From: Patescibacteria group bacterium
Lineage (GTDB): Bacteria > Patescibacteriota > Patescibacteriia > JBDRGY01
Assembly: GCA_043817315.1 (NCBI GenBank)
Contig: JBDRGY010000013.1
Span: forward strand, 8,663 to 72,662
Length of the DNA: 64,000 nt
Reading direction: 5' to 3'
Made by a program: the position numbers and the translations under genes. This document shows, piece by piece, positions 17,097-27,378 of the stretch. Numbering within the stretch: the stretch's first letter is position 1; each line of letters opens with the position of its first letter. Below the pieces are notes generated by a model that was not told the DNA's origin, did no database searches, and saw only the letters and a program-made list of their open reading frames with translations.

Positions 17097-18191
17097 ATGG
17101 AAACTTCACCTTTTGGGGTGAAGTTTTTAAAATGGGATATGGAACAAAAAATCGAAGATTTGAGAACCAAGCATCAACAACTGGAAAAGCAACTCCAGGA
17201 TCCTTCGGTTACCGGTGATCAAAACAAATTGCAAAAGGTAGCCAAAGAATATGACGAACTGAAAGAAGTCATCAGTAAAGATGAAGAATTAAAAAAAATC
17301 AAAGAAGACCTGAAACAAGCTGAGGATACTCTAAAGGAGTCCGACGATCAGGAACTGCAGCAGATGGCTAAAGACGAAGTTAACATTCTAGTTCAGAAAA
17401 AAAGTGACCTGGAACAATGGCTGGATCTATATTTCAATCCGGCTGATCCCATGGACAAAAAAGATATTATCGTAGAAATCAGAGCCGGAGTAGGAGGCGA
17501 TGAAGCCGCTTTATTTGCCGCAGATTTATTTAGAATGTTCTCCAAGTTCGCCGAATTAAAAGGCTGGAAAACTGTTTTGCTCAATACCAGCCGCACCGGC
17601 ATCGGCGGTTTTAAAGAAGTTACCTTTGAAATCACGGGCAACAGTGTCTATTCCCATCTTAAATATGAAATGGGGGTACATCGGGTACAACGAATCCCGG
17701 AAACGGAAAAATCAGGCCGAGTGCACACTTCCACCGCTACCGTGGCAATTCTGCCTGAAGCCGAAGAAACCGATTTGGAGATCAAACAGGAAGATATTAG
17801 GGTGGACGTTTTTCACGCTTCTGGGCACGGCGGACAGAGTGTGAATACAACCGATTCAGCGGTCCGCATTACCCATTTGCCCACCGATACTGTAGCCACT
17901 TGCCAAGATGAAAAGTCCCAGCACAAAAACCGTGATAAGGCTATGAAAGTTCTACGCTCTAGATTACTAGCTGAAAAAGAAGCCAAGGAAAGAAAAGAAC
18001 GCTCGGAGCAACGCAGTCTGCAAATCGGCTGGGGCATGCGGGCCGAGAAGATCAGAACCTATAATTATCCCCAAGATAGAATCACTGACCACCGTATCAA
18101 AAAATCCTGGCACGGTATTGATAAGATACTGAATGGAGAACTGGAACCGATTATTACCGCTTTTAAACAGGAAGAAAAAAAGAAAGCATGA
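17097..18191 (+). CDS. prfA: peptide chain release factor 1
   Basis: GGQSVNTTDSAVRITHLPT (GGQ motif) and PxT-region homology. The start may be the internal Met at about 17139. Confidence 0.9.
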   Translation: METSPFGVKFLKWDMEQKIEDLRTKHQQLEKQLQDPSVTGDQNKLQKVAKEYDELKEVISKDEELKKIKEDLKQAEDTLKESDDQELQQMAKDEVNILVQKKSDLEQWLDLYFNPADPMDKKDIIVEIRAGVGGDEAALFAADLFRMFSKFAELKGWKTVLLNTSRTGIGGFKEVTFEITGNSVYSHLKYEMGVHRVQRIPETEKSGRVHTSTATVAILPEAEETDLEIKQEDIRVDVFHASGHGGQSVNTTDSAVRITHLPTDTVATCQDEKSQHKNRDKAMKVLRSRLLAEKEAKERKERSEQRSLQIGWGMRAEKIRTYNYPQDRITDHRIKKSWHGIDKILNGELEPIITAFKQEEKKKA

Positions 18192-18949
18192 CCATCAACC
18201 AGGCTCTAGTTGGGGCTACTAAAAAACTTAAAGCCAAGAATATTACTTCTGCTGATTTGGATGCGGAAGTTTTGTTATCCCATGTTTTAAAAAAACCACG
18301 GGAACACCTTTTGGCCCATCCTTTTACCAACTTAAAGACTTACCAACTTAATAACTTTCAAACTTTTATCAAGCGACGCGCTCAGCATCAGCCGGTCGCT
18401 TACCTAACCGGTCATAAAGAATTTTACGGTCTGGATTTTATTGTTAACAAATCGGTACTGATCCCCCGCCCCGAGACTGAATCACTTGTTGAAGCAGTAA
18501 TTAAGGAAATAAGGAACAAATCATTAACCATTGCCGACATCGGCACCGGCTCTGGCTGTATTGCTATTGCTTTAAAAAAGAATCTACCAAAAACCAAAGT
18601 GTTAGCTACCGATAAATCAGCCACTGCCCTGAAAGTGGCTAAGCAAAACGCCCGCCTGCATAGTGTCAGAATTCAGTTTATACAAGGCGATTTATTAGAA
18701 CCGGTTAAAAATCAAATGATTAATATCATAGTGGCCAATTTACCCTATTTGGATAACAATATGAAAAATCTATTGAAATCTTCGGAAAGTAAAGCTCTAA
18801 AATATGAACCACCAATGGCTCTAAAGGGCGGTCCTGACGGCATGAATATATACCGCCGTTTCTTTACTCAAATTATAGAACTGTCATATAAACCTCAAGC
18901 TGTTTTCTGGGAATACAATGGTCAGGTAAAAAGGCTTGACAAACAATAA
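18188..18949 (+). CDS. prmC: release factor glutamine N5-methyltransferase PrmC/HemK
   Basis: SAM-binding DIGTGSGCIAIAL, NLPY catalytic motif, and a 4-nt overlap with prfA. Confidence 0.85.
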   Translation: MTINQALVGATKKLKAKNITSADLDAEVLLSHVLKKPREHLLAHPFTNLKTYQLNNFQTFIKRRAQHQPVAYLTGHKEFYGLDFIVNKSVLIPRPETESLVEAVIKEIRNKSLTIADIGTGSGCIAIALKKNLPKTKVLATDKSATALKVAKQNARLHSVRIQFIQGDLLEPVKNQMINIIVANLPYLDNNMKNLLKSSESKALKYEPPMALKGGPDGMNIYRRFFTQIIELSYKPQAVFWEYNGQVKRLDKQ

Positions 18950-19025
18950 AAACTTTGCTAACTTCCAATAACGTCCTTTTACATTTTGAGGGTGTAAACA
19001 GAAGCTCAATCGAGAGGAGGCCTGC

Positions 19026-20204
19026 GTGAAAAAGAGGGATGTGGAACAGTATCCTGTTGGCAGCCCGGAGCGCGTAACCGCCGATTTTCTGAGGCGAGCC
19101 AGTCTCGGCAAACGACCAGCCCTTTCTTTCGCCGATGAGCACAATCCGATGGAAGCGGCCCGATTGGCCACTACAGTGCTGTACTGTGGCAACCCTGGTT
19201 TCATCCCCCTGCTCCTTGGAGACATGAAGGGTCTCAACCGCTTCATCCGGGCCAGACACTTGGCTGGCTACCGTTTTCGCAGAAGGCTGCCGGAATTCAT
19301 CATCCTGGGGCGCTTTTGGACTGACACCTGCGGCAACTTCGGTCGCATCCAGCAGACCGACATCCCAGAAGAAGTGATCGTCCAGCTACCCAGCTTGATG
19401 ACTCGGGAAGACTACTCTAGGGTAGCTAAGAGATGCCGGGCACAAGCCGACAAGGATCCGGAGCACACCTACTGGAGCGTTCCTATAGAGAGCAGCGTTC
19501 CTCCAGCTGGCCTGCTCTGTCCGGTTTGCGGCAACGCCTGGAACCTCAGCAACTGCCATGATACCGTGGTCACTCACCGAACCGAATCCATCCCTTTGTC
19601 TGACTTCGTTGGTTGGAGACTGGGTCAGGTCACCGCACATTTCAATCGCACTCCAGATGCAGTGATGCGCATGCAGTCAGATATCATGATCCGCAATGAC
19701 CGTCACATTGACCTGACACCCCATCCCGACTACGATACCCTAGTTCTCAACGAACGAGGCTGGGTGTCCGCCAAGGACGGGATCACGGATTACTACCAGG
19801 TTGAAGAGGGCGATGAAGCTTTCTTTAACATCTGGCAGTTCCGCCATCTGGCCTGTCAACGAGCCTGGCTTCAGGCCAAGGAACGAGAATACTTCCGCAA
19901 GATGTTCAGCGACGCCGGGATACCAGTCAGACGAATGCAGACCATTCCCAACGAGTACGACCCCAGCTATCCTCATTATGCTCCTTGGTTTATGGTCTAC
20001 ACCCCGATTGGCACCTTCAAGATTGGGTGGCGCAAACGGGTGATCAACATCGACTGGACCAAGGCTGAGGGTCAGTACGATGGCCTGTTTGCTGACCAGG
20101 ATGTTACCCAAGGTGCCAACCATGTTCACGCCTGGGGGACCGAGAAGGGCACTGAATACCTGAGTCGTATTGCCGAAGCCTCTCAGGCTGTGCTAGGATC
20201 CTAA
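19026..20204 (+). CDS. hypothetical protein (GC-rich island)
   Basis: GTG start with upstream GAGAGGAGG. 392 aa with a CPVCGNAWNLSNCHD Cys/His cluster and no recognisable family. Confidence 0.45.
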   Translation: MKKRDVEQYPVGSPERVTADFLRRASLGKRPALSFADEHNPMEAARLATTVLYCGNPGFIPLLLGDMKGLNRFIRARHLAGYRFRRRLPEFIILGRFWTDTCGNFGRIQQTDIPEEVIVQLPSLMTREDYSRVAKRCRAQADKDPEHTYWSVPIESSVPPAGLLCPVCGNAWNLSNCHDTVVTHRTESIPLSDFVGWRLGQVTAHFNRTPDAVMRMQSDIMIRNDRHIDLTPHPDYDTLVLNERGWVSAKDGITDYYQVEEGDEAFFNIWQFRHLACQRAWLQAKEREYFRKMFSDAGIPVRRMQTIPNEYDPSYPHYAPWFMVYTPIGTFKIGWRKRVINIDWTKAEGQYDGLFADQDVTQGANHVHAWGTEKGTEYLSRIAEASQAVLGS

Positions 20205-20345
20205 CACTCTCATTAATCACGCGTCCCCGTCCGCAAGGACTCAGGGGCGCTTTTTTTATATTAAAAAAGGTCCTGCACCTACGCTTGCGCGCTTGGTGCA
20301 GGACCTGTCGTTCGAACTCACTCCGTCCCAGAGGACGAGAGGGAG

Positions 20346-21302
20346 TTACTGCTGTGGAACCCTCGAACGATTCCGGGTGTCAAGCCAGGCCGGCTGACCC
20401 CAGTTCTGAGACGCGCTTGCATCCCAGACCATGGTAGCCTTGCCTGACTCAACCGCTTTGAGCCAGACCTCGCGCCGGATCTCCAGCTCCTTGAGCTGGA
20501 CCTCCTTCTTGATCTCGAGATCACGCATCTGGAGGTAGGCTGGATTGGCCGCGACAGCTGCCCCGATCTGATTGATCCGAGCAACTTCCTGGTCAGCGGC
20601 CAACCTTCTGATCTCCGCCTCCCAGATCTCCTGGGGTGCCTTAACGTTGGAGAGCGACATATCGAGCAACTCGATAGGAATGTCGGCCTCAGCGTAGACC
20701 TTCTTGGCCATCGCCCCCAACTCGAGCTCGATCTTCGGACGATTCCTCTGAATGTCTCGATAGTCGACGTATTCCCGGAAAACCTCCCTGGTACCCGCTC
20801 GCAGCTTCATGGCCGCGAAGTGCTCATGAATCATCTCGGTGGTGATTATGAACACTCTGGGGTCATCCGGAACTCGCGGATCCATCGATGACGGAATCGG
20901 GGTGATCGAGTTGATGATCAGGTTGATGTATTCCGGCGTAACCTTGACAATCTCTCGGTAGTAAACGTCGGCCGTTACCTGCGCCACTTCACCGGTCTTC
21001 GGATGTGGGGCACAATCGATCATGTGGTTGACCCGATCGGGCATAAGTTCGGCCGGCAGGTAGCGATCCTTGATCTGGACTGCCGTCACCTCGACCTGGA
21101 CTACGTAGCTGCCCTTGCCACCAGCGCCGAGCTTGCCGATGTCGACCTGACCGGGTTCCAGAATCTGGCCAGTCGGACCCTCAGGGGTGACCTCCATAGC
21201 CACCCAACCCTGCTGAGTGGTAACGTAGTTCGAGCATCCGGCCATGAACATCACGGCCAGCGCGACGACGATCAGAAACAGCTTGTTGAGATTCCTATCC
21301 AT
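20346..21302 (-). CDS. lipoprotein with SPFH/band-7-like domain (tentative)
   Basis: Lipobox FMAGC. The central region has loose SPFH-like blocks (VTADVYYREIV..., ...IELLDMSLSNVKAPQEIWEAEIRRLAADQE) and a coiled-coil C-terminus. Confidence 0.4.
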   Translation of the reverse strand: MDRNLNKLFLIVVALAVMFMAGCSNYVTTQQGWVAMEVTPEGPTGQILEPGQVDIGKLGAGGKGSYVVQVEVTAVQIKDRYLPAELMPDRVNHMIDCAPHPKTGEVAQVTADVYYREIVKVTPEYINLIINSITPIPSSMDPRVPDDPRVFIITTEMIHEHFAAMKLRAGTREVFREYVDYRDIQRNRPKIELELGAMAKKVYAEADIPIELLDMSLSNVKAPQEIWEAEIRRLAADQEVARINQIGAAVAANPAYLQMRDLEIKKEVQLKELEIRREVWLKAVESGKATMVWDASASQNWGQPAWLDTRNRSRVPQQ

Positions 21303-21354
21303 GGGGATAGTTCTCCTTTCCTGACAGGCGAAGATTATCCGATTGGATCATCCT

Positions 21355-21675
21355 CTAGTTGTCACCGATCCGGCGATCCAGAGCTTCTTTCTGCTGCTCG
21401 ATGCCAGTTCGGTCCTGCCCCCTTCGCTCCGACAGATTGACGCTGAGCGAGTTGAACAGGTTGAGCCCCAGCACCAGGGCGATGATCATGATCACCGTCC
21501 AGCGGATGCTGTGAATCCACTTCCTGCTCGCAATCTCGCTACGAGGCATGTTACGCAGCACCAGTCTCGTGACGTACAGAACGATGATGACAGCGATGAT
21601 AGCCGCCACGAACCAGCCTTTGTACATGGGCCAGACTGCGACCCAGCGCTCGGCCAGACTCATCGAGTTAAGCAT
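21355..21675 (-). CDS. small 2-TM membrane protein (possible NfeD-like partner of the SPFH lipoprotein)
   Basis: AGGAGG lies 6 nt before the internal Met (MLNSMSLAERW...). The gene is directly upstream of and co-oriented with the SPFH-like gene. Confidence 0.35.
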   Translation of the reverse strand: MLNSMSLAERWVAVWPMYKGWFVAAIIAVIIVLYVTRLVLRNMPRSEIASRKWIHSIRWTVIMIIALVLGLNLFNSLSVNLSERRGQDRTGIEQQKEALDRRIGDN

Positions 21676-21943
21676 TCCTACCTCCTTCATTCCGGAGAAA
21701 CGTAACAATACTCCACCACTAATCCATTTCACCTCCTGGCCAACCAACGGCCGGTTACTCAAACTGGTTTTATCCCTTCGGATTTTAAAAGTACTATCTA
21801 GCCAATACTTCAGCTAAACAGAATATACTAACATACCTTTCCCGATTTGTCAACCCTGAAAAAAAAGAAAAGGCGCAGTTTTTTGTTTTAATAAATAATT
21901 CCCGCCTAAGGCGGGCAGGTATCTGATTTGACGGAAATGAAGA

Positions 21944-21973
21944 GGCGCCGTTTCGCTTCCGCGAAACGGCGCC
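21944..21973. terminator. strong bidirectional intrinsic terminator
   Basis: GGCGCCGTTTCGC-TTCC-GCGAAACGGCGCC is a perfect 13-bp stem flanked by A/T runs. Confidence 0.5.
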
Positions 21974-22013
21974 TTCGTTGTGAACTCATTCCATCCAGGT
22001 AGGACAGAGCAAG

Positions 22014-22691
22014 TTACTCCGGAAGATCCGGACAGAACTTGATGACTTCGGATACGTCAGCCACTGACTGAATCCAGGGACTATCCAGATCCGAGATGAC
22101 CACGTAGGCCTGACAGTAGTCAAGTCCTGCAAGTTCAGGCTCTACTAAAGCGTACATCAACAGCCACAGAGTAACTGCTGGTTCGTTGCTAACTCCAATG
22201 GTCAGATGGGCATCTTCAAAACCCGAGACCAGGAAACTGCCTACTGCAGTCAGGGCCTGCTGTAAAGGCTGATCTCTGAACAGTTCAGCTGTATTGGCAG
22301 CGGCACAGAGCATCCAGTTGAGACCTCGGCTCTGGTGGCGTTTCCACCAACCATCTCTCTCGATCCAGTGCAGACTGATCATCTGCCTAATTCTCTCATC
22401 CTCATCAACTTGATTAGGATGAAAGAGCTCCCAAGCAGTCAACTCATGCTTGGGCAGACCGCCGTGCCTGAAGACCGGTTTGCCGAAAGTCCCGGTCAGT
22501 CTGGCCTGCAAGTCCAGATAGAGAGGACTAAGGGCCTGGCATTCCTGGATACCTTCTACAGAAAGATTGGTCCAAACCGTAGAAGTTCCCCTTCCTCTGA
22601 CCGGAGTGGCATTACGGATAAACACAGTGCAGTTGTTACCGTTCACTTCGGCAATCAGTTTCATTACCTCTTCCGGTGTCCTGGCAATCAT
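22014..22691 (-). CDS. hypothetical protein (GC-rich island)
   Basis: 225 aa, no recognisable motifs, and GC content matches the 19.0-22.8 kb island. Confidence 0.4.
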   Translation of the reverse strand: MIARTPEEVMKLIAEVNGNNCTVFIRNATPVRGRGTSTVWTNLSVEGIQECQALSPLYLDLQARLTGTFGKPVFRHGGLPKHELTAWELFHPNQVDEDERIRQMISLHWIERDGWWKRHQSRGLNWMLCAAANTAELFRDQPLQQALTAVGSFLVSGFEDAHLTIGVSNEPAVTLWLLMYALVEPELAGLDYCQAYVVISDLDSPWIQSVADVSEVIKFCPDLPE

Positions 22692-22832
22692 TTTGATTAC
22701 CTCCTTTTGCCTGGCACGCCGCAGTGTAAAAGATCAACCCCTTTTCTTAATTCCTTAGCTTATTACTCCTCGATTAGGTTGTCAAATCAAAAAGCTCGCC
22801 ATGGTGACGAGCCTGAAATTGGTAATTAATAA

Positions 22833-23954
22833 TTAGTTGTATTCCACTGTTTCATACCCCATAGGCGCTACTGAAATCCAGGTGTTGCCTACGTTAAATT
22901 CTATCTCTCTGCCGTCAGCGTCGTAAAAAACAGTGCGGTTGGTGCGGCCGCTTTTGCGCCATGTACCCACCAGGCAACTTCCATCCCGACAAATCTTAGC
23001 CTCCCCTTCTCCTTCAATTTCTAAAGTGAGACGTCCCAATTCTCCGAAAGCTACAATCTCAGGAATGACTTGCACTACTACATTTTTTACTCTGATCGCC
23101 TCGTTAGTCTGAGTGTCTTTATGTTCTAAGCCAGAGTTGTACCGTACATAATTATTTTGTTCTTGGTCATATTTATATTCCACCTCCCAGGAAAGACCGG
23201 AAAAAGCAATCTTTATTGATTTCTCTTCGGTTGGTCTGTTATCCAAGGCTGCATCATCTTTAAAGATCCAGGTCTCATAGGAAGGCTCCCGGTCTGCCAA
23301 CTCTTTATCCCGCATTGCTTTGGTGATCAATTCTGAAGATGTATATAAATTATGAGGGGCGTATTTACTGCTATCACGCCAATAATAGGGCCAATCACCG
23401 CCGATTTGATTGATACTGTTTAGTTCCCAATTTCTGACATTAGTTAGGGCTTCCGGACTGCCGCCGCAGTGAGCATAAAGGGCGTCGTATTCAGAAACCC
23501 ATTGGGTGTAATAGGGGCGAGCCGATCGGACCGGGCCAATCTCATCCAATCCATCGGTATCAAAGACGGCCATGAAGCGGGTAGCCAGTCCTTCCACTAA
23601 AGCTTCATAAACAATGGAAGCACCCTGCAAGCCGGATTGGGGCCGGACTGAGGGCAGATTTTCAATCATCACCGCAAAAGGATAAGGGACTTCTTCGTCA
23701 TCATAGAGAATCTGTCCCATAAGGTTACGTCTGATGGTTACAATCTCATCGTCCTGTTCTTGCTCTTTTTCCTCGGAGTATTTGTCAAGCTCTTCGCTAA
23801 AAGCTTCTATTGTATTTGCTGAGGCATAGCCAATAAAAATCCAAGACAGAATTCCGCCTATCAATAAAACACCAACCAAAATTAAAAGCTGGTGTTTAGG
23901 AAGGTATCCTTCAAAAAACTTCTTTTGGTTTTTATTTTTATCTGACTCCCCCAT
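22833..23954 (-). CDS. DUF3048 (YerB-like) domain protein, membrane-anchored
   Basis: N-terminal TM, then ...ENLPSVRPQSGLQGASIVYEALVEGLATRFMAVF...RSARPYY...HNLYTS..., typical of the DUF3048 N- and C-domains. Confidence 0.6.
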   Translation of the reverse strand: MGESDKNKNQKKFFEGYLPKHQLLILVGVLLIGGILSWIFIGYASANTIEAFSEELDKYSEEKEQEQDDEIVTIRRNLMGQILYDDEEVPYPFAVMIENLPSVRPQSGLQGASIVYEALVEGLATRFMAVFDTDGLDEIGPVRSARPYYTQWVSEYDALYAHCGGSPEALTNVRNWELNSINQIGGDWPYYWRDSSKYAPHNLYTSSELITKAMRDKELADREPSYETWIFKDDAALDNRPTEEKSIKIAFSGLSWEVEYKYDQEQNNYVRYNSGLEHKDTQTNEAIRVKNVVVQVIPEIVAFGELGRLTLEIEGEGEAKICRDGSCLVGTWRKSGRTNRTVFYDADGREIEFNVGNTWISVAPMGYETVEYN

Positions 23955-23976
23955 CTCCCTATATTTTCCTTATATA

Positions 23977-25053
23977 CTAATTATATTCTACAGTGCGATC
24001 TGTGGGCATCACTTCGATCCAGGTACTGCCGGCATTGAAGCGGATTTCCTTATCGTTCTTATCGTAGAACCGGGTACGTGATTCTCGGGCTGCTTTTTTC
24101 CAGGTAGCCTCAATCGCTTTACCGTCTTGAAAGACCAAAGCCTCTCCTTCTCCTATTGTCTCCATGGTCAATCTCGATTCATCAGCTAATTCTGTATCGA
24201 CATACATCACTGCGACATTTTTGGGGGCAATCTGTTCCTTGGTCAATTCATCCGAGTGAGCTTCCCCGGCCTGGAACCGCTTGTATACATTCTGGTTACG
24301 GTCGTATTTATACTCTACTTCATAGCTGTAAGTTAAGAAATCAACTTTTATGAATTTCTCTTCAGTAGGTCTGGCTGATTTTTTTACTTCATCCTTGAAT
24401 AGCCAGGGATCATAATCTCCTTCTTCCGGAAATTCTTTGTCTCTAAAAGCTCTGGCGATCAATTCGTGACTGGTGTAGAGGTTATGAGGTCTGGGCCTTT
24501 CTTCATCCCGCCAGTAATACTGGTGGTCTCCGCCGATCTGGTTAAGGCTCAAGACATCAAAAGTAGCGATATCGGATAAAGCTTGTGGGCTGCCGCCGCA
24601 GTGCAAGTAAACGGCGTTAAATTCTGTCAGCCAATCCAGAAAATATGGTCTGGATGATCTGACCGGTCCAATTTTTTCCAAGCGATCCCCGGAGGCGTAA
24701 ATGGCTAAGAATCGAGTGATCCCTCCCTCAGCCAAGGCTTCGTACACCAGATTAGCCCGTGACAGACCGTGTTGCGGCCGGACTGTAATCAGGTTCTCTA
24801 TTTGAATCCCCACGGGGTATATATTGGCTTTATCAATAGTGACATATTGGCCATCAATGAAACGACGCACTTTTTCCGTTGTATCTTCTGCCGCTTTATT
24901 ACCAATCAGTACTTCATCGCCTCTGAAGACAAAATAGCCCAGTACACCGATACCAACCACAAAAACGACAATCACCGTGGTGATTAGGGCTTTTTTATTC
25001 TTTTTCAGGCCCCACAAGAAATTTTTTAGCTTGTCAGAGAATTTCTTACTCAT
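23977..25053 (-). CDS. DUF3048 (YerB-like) domain protein, tandem paralog
   Basis: About 50 percent identical to the upstream paralog (ENLITVRPQHGLSRANLVYEALAEGGITRFLAIY..., HNLYTSHELI). The start is set at MSKKFSD so the gene does not overlap rplY. Confidence 0.6.
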   Translation of the reverse strand: MSKKFSDKLKNFLWGLKKNKKALITTVIVVFVVGIGVLGYFVFRGDEVLIGNKAAEDTTEKVRRFIDGQYVTIDKANIYPVGIQIENLITVRPQHGLSRANLVYEALAEGGITRFLAIYASGDRLEKIGPVRSSRPYFLDWLTEFNAVYLHCGGSPQALSDIATFDVLSLNQIGGDHQYYWRDEERPRPHNLYTSHELIARAFRDKEFPEEGDYDPWLFKDEVKKSARPTEEKFIKVDFLTYSYEVEYKYDRNQNVYKRFQAGEAHSDELTKEQIAPKNVAVMYVDTELADESRLTMETIGEGEALVFQDGKAIEATWKKAARESRTRFYDKNDKEIRFNAGSTWIEVMPTDRTVEYN

Positions 25054-25783
25054 TTTTCTTATCTCCTTCAGATTTACCCGCAGCCTTGCCTTCTTCTTTC
25101 TTGGCGCCCGGTTCATCTTTGGCTCCCTCCCCATCTCCTTCTTCTGCCTTGCCCTTTTCTTCAACCTCTACTTCGTCAACTTTCTCCTCTACTTCACCTT
25201 CTAACTCTTTTTGCAATTCTTCTTCGGACTTGGGTGGCAATACATGAGCCACAATTTCATCAGCAGAATCCAGTACATTAATTTCTTTGGGTACTGATAA
25301 ATCTTTAATTTTTATTTCATCTTCAAAAGTCTTTAGTGAAGAAACATCTACCGTTACTTCATGGATCAAATATTGAGGTAAACATTCTACTTTGATCTTG
25401 TCGAAATTTTTGACCAAGATTCCGTCCAATTCTTTTTCGGCTAAAGCTTCTCCTTCGAATTTGATACCGATTTCTGTAGTAATCTTTTCGTCCATTCTGA
25501 CTTGATGAAAATCAGCGTGCACCAATTGACCGGAGACTGTGTCAGCTTGAACCTCTTGGATCAAAACTTTAACTGGTTTCTTGTCATCAATTATCAAATC
25601 CACCAGAGTGGATTCACCAGCTCGTTGGTAGGTGTCAGTAAAATCCACATAATTTATAACCAAGTTGATGTTTTTTACCTTGTGTCCGTACAAGACAGCT
25701 GGCATCTTGCCTGAGGAGCGCAAGTTACTTACTTTTTTACCTGTTTCCTCCCTCTGACTGGCTTTTAATTCAATTTTATCCAT
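25046..25783 (-). CDS. rplY: 50S ribosomal protein L25 / general stress protein Ctc
   Basis: MDKIELKASQREETGKKVSNLRSSGKMPAVLYGHKVKNINL... is the L25 beta-barrel N-domain, followed by a Ctc-type C-domain and an acidic tail. Confidence 0.85.
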   Translation of the reverse strand: MDKIELKASQREETGKKVSNLRSSGKMPAVLYGHKVKNINLVINYVDFTDTYQRAGESTLVDLIIDDKKPVKVLIQEVQADTVSGQLVHADFHQVRMDEKITTEIGIKFEGEALAEKELDGILVKNFDKIKVECLPQYLIHEVTVDVSSLKTFEDEIKIKDLSVPKEINVLDSADEIVAHVLPPKSEEELQKELEGEVEEKVDEVEVEEKGKAEEGDGEGAKDEPGAKKEEGKAAGKSEGDKKNE

Positions 25784-25837
25784 ACTTCTCCTTTTAAAAA
25801 ACCGGAATATCCGGAAATATGATATTAATAATAATTT

Positions 25838-26188
25838 CTAAAATAAATCTATCAATGACCTTCCCCCCTCTAGCAGCTGATGAATGGCAATCACGTCATC
25901 AGTATCAACTATCCGGGAATCTTTAAATTTGAATACGTCTTCGGAGGTTAAGTCACATATCAGGCCAACTGAACTGACTCCCAATCCCCCCACCATCACT
26001 ACTGCTACAATGGAACTGCCACAATTCTTGCACTGTATATGAATCAGATGAGCTGTTTCTCTTTCTTCAACGATCTTGGCCGTTACCGGATTATATTGAG
26101 TATTACAAATTGGACAGGTAGTGATTAAACGCAACCCCTCAATGGGAAAATCAGACGGCATTTGATTAGAAAAGGGTCTTATCATCAT
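25838..26188 (-). CDS. hypothetical protein with zinc-ribbon-like Cys pairs
   Basis: CPICN...CKNCG. Confidence 0.35.
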   Translation of the reverse strand: MMIRPFSNQMPSDFPIEGLRLITTCPICNTQYNPVTAKIVEERETAHLIHIQCKNCGSSIVAVVMVGGLGVSSVGLICDLTSEDVFKFKDSRIVDTDDVIAIHQLLEGGRSLIDLF

Positions 26189-26257
26189 ACTTTTTTCTAA
26201 ATAACGACCTTATTATAGCACAAAATACCGACCCACGTCAACCGTGGCACTGGATTA

Positions 26258-27358
26258 CTATACCTTACTCCGCGCAACGATACTTTGCAAGATTCCAATA
26301 GTTACCAAGCTGACCAACAAAGAACTGCCGCCAGCACTCAAAAAGGGTAAGGGAATTCCGGTAACCGGTACCAGGCCGATATTCATTCCAATATTAATAA
26401 AGATTTGGATAAATAATAAGATCAAAGTGGTTAAGACAAAAAAGAGGGCAAAATTATCGCGGACCACTCGGGTAATCTGCCAAATACGATAGAGTAAAAT
26501 CACAAAAAGGATAATTATCAAAAAGGATCCGATAAATCCCATCTCTTCAGCTATAACGGCAAAAATAAAATCGGTCTCTTGTTCCGGCAAGAAATTTAGC
26601 TGACTTTGGGAACCCAAGCCCAGTCCTCTGCCCAACATCTTACCAGAGCCAACAGCAATAATCGACTGGGTTACATTGTAACCTCGGCCCAGAGGATCCC
26701 TGGAGGGATCAATAAAGGTAAGCAACCTGTCTTTTTGATAATCTTCTAAAATGAAAAACCAGGATAAGCTAGCCACTACTGCTAATATCAGAAAAATTGA
26801 GATTAAGTACAATAGTCTGACCCGAATGACTATCATCATGATTAACCACAACAAGATAAATATTATGGCGTATCCGATCTTTGGTTCCAGGGCCACCAGT
26901 AAAACACTCAGGAAAACCCAGCCCCCCAGAATCAAAACGTGTTTAAAGTGATAAAAATGACGAGCGTACTTTGCCAGATATCCGCTCATAAATACTATCA
27001 GAAATAGCTTAACCAGTTCTACCGGCTGAAAGGTCTGGCCCAAAAAACCAAACCACCTGGTTGTCCCCCTAATATTCTGACCAAAAATCAAGACAGCGAT
27101 CAACAGCACCACACCGATCAAATAAAGGATTAAACGATAACTATTAAAAAAACGGTAGTCGATGGAGCTAAATAATAACATTAACAGCACCCCCGCCGCT
27201 GCGAAGCTTAGCTGTCGATAAAACCGCGACAAATCAGGCACTTCCTGATTTACAGAAATACTGTATAAGACGGCCAACCCGAAAAATACCAAAAGGATAG
27301 TTACTACATAAACTATCCAATCTGACTTCTTTAACCAATAAAAAAATTTAGATAGCAT
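26258..27358 (-). CDS. SEDS family cell-cycle protein FtsW/RodA
   Basis: Polytopic membrane protein with GSGKMLGRGLGLGSQSQLNFLPEQETDFIFAVIAEEMGFIG, the SEDS signature. Confidence 0.8.
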   Translation of the reverse strand: MLSKFFYWLKKSDWIVYVVTILLVFFGLAVLYSISVNQEVPDLSRFYRQLSFAAAGVLLMLLFSSIDYRFFNSYRLILYLIGVVLLIAVLIFGQNIRGTTRWFGFLGQTFQPVELVKLFLIVFMSGYLAKYARHFYHFKHVLILGGWVFLSVLLVALEPKIGYAIIFILLWLIMMIVIRVRLLYLISIFLILAVVASLSWFFILEDYQKDRLLTFIDPSRDPLGRGYNVTQSIIAVGSGKMLGRGLGLGSQSQLNFLPEQETDFIFAVIAEEMGFIGSFLIIILFVILLYRIWQITRVVRDNFALFFVLTTLILLFIQIFINIGMNIGLVPVTGIPLPFLSAGGSSLLVSLVTIGILQSIVARSKV

Positions 27359-27378
27359 AGTGTTTTAATCTGATCTCC

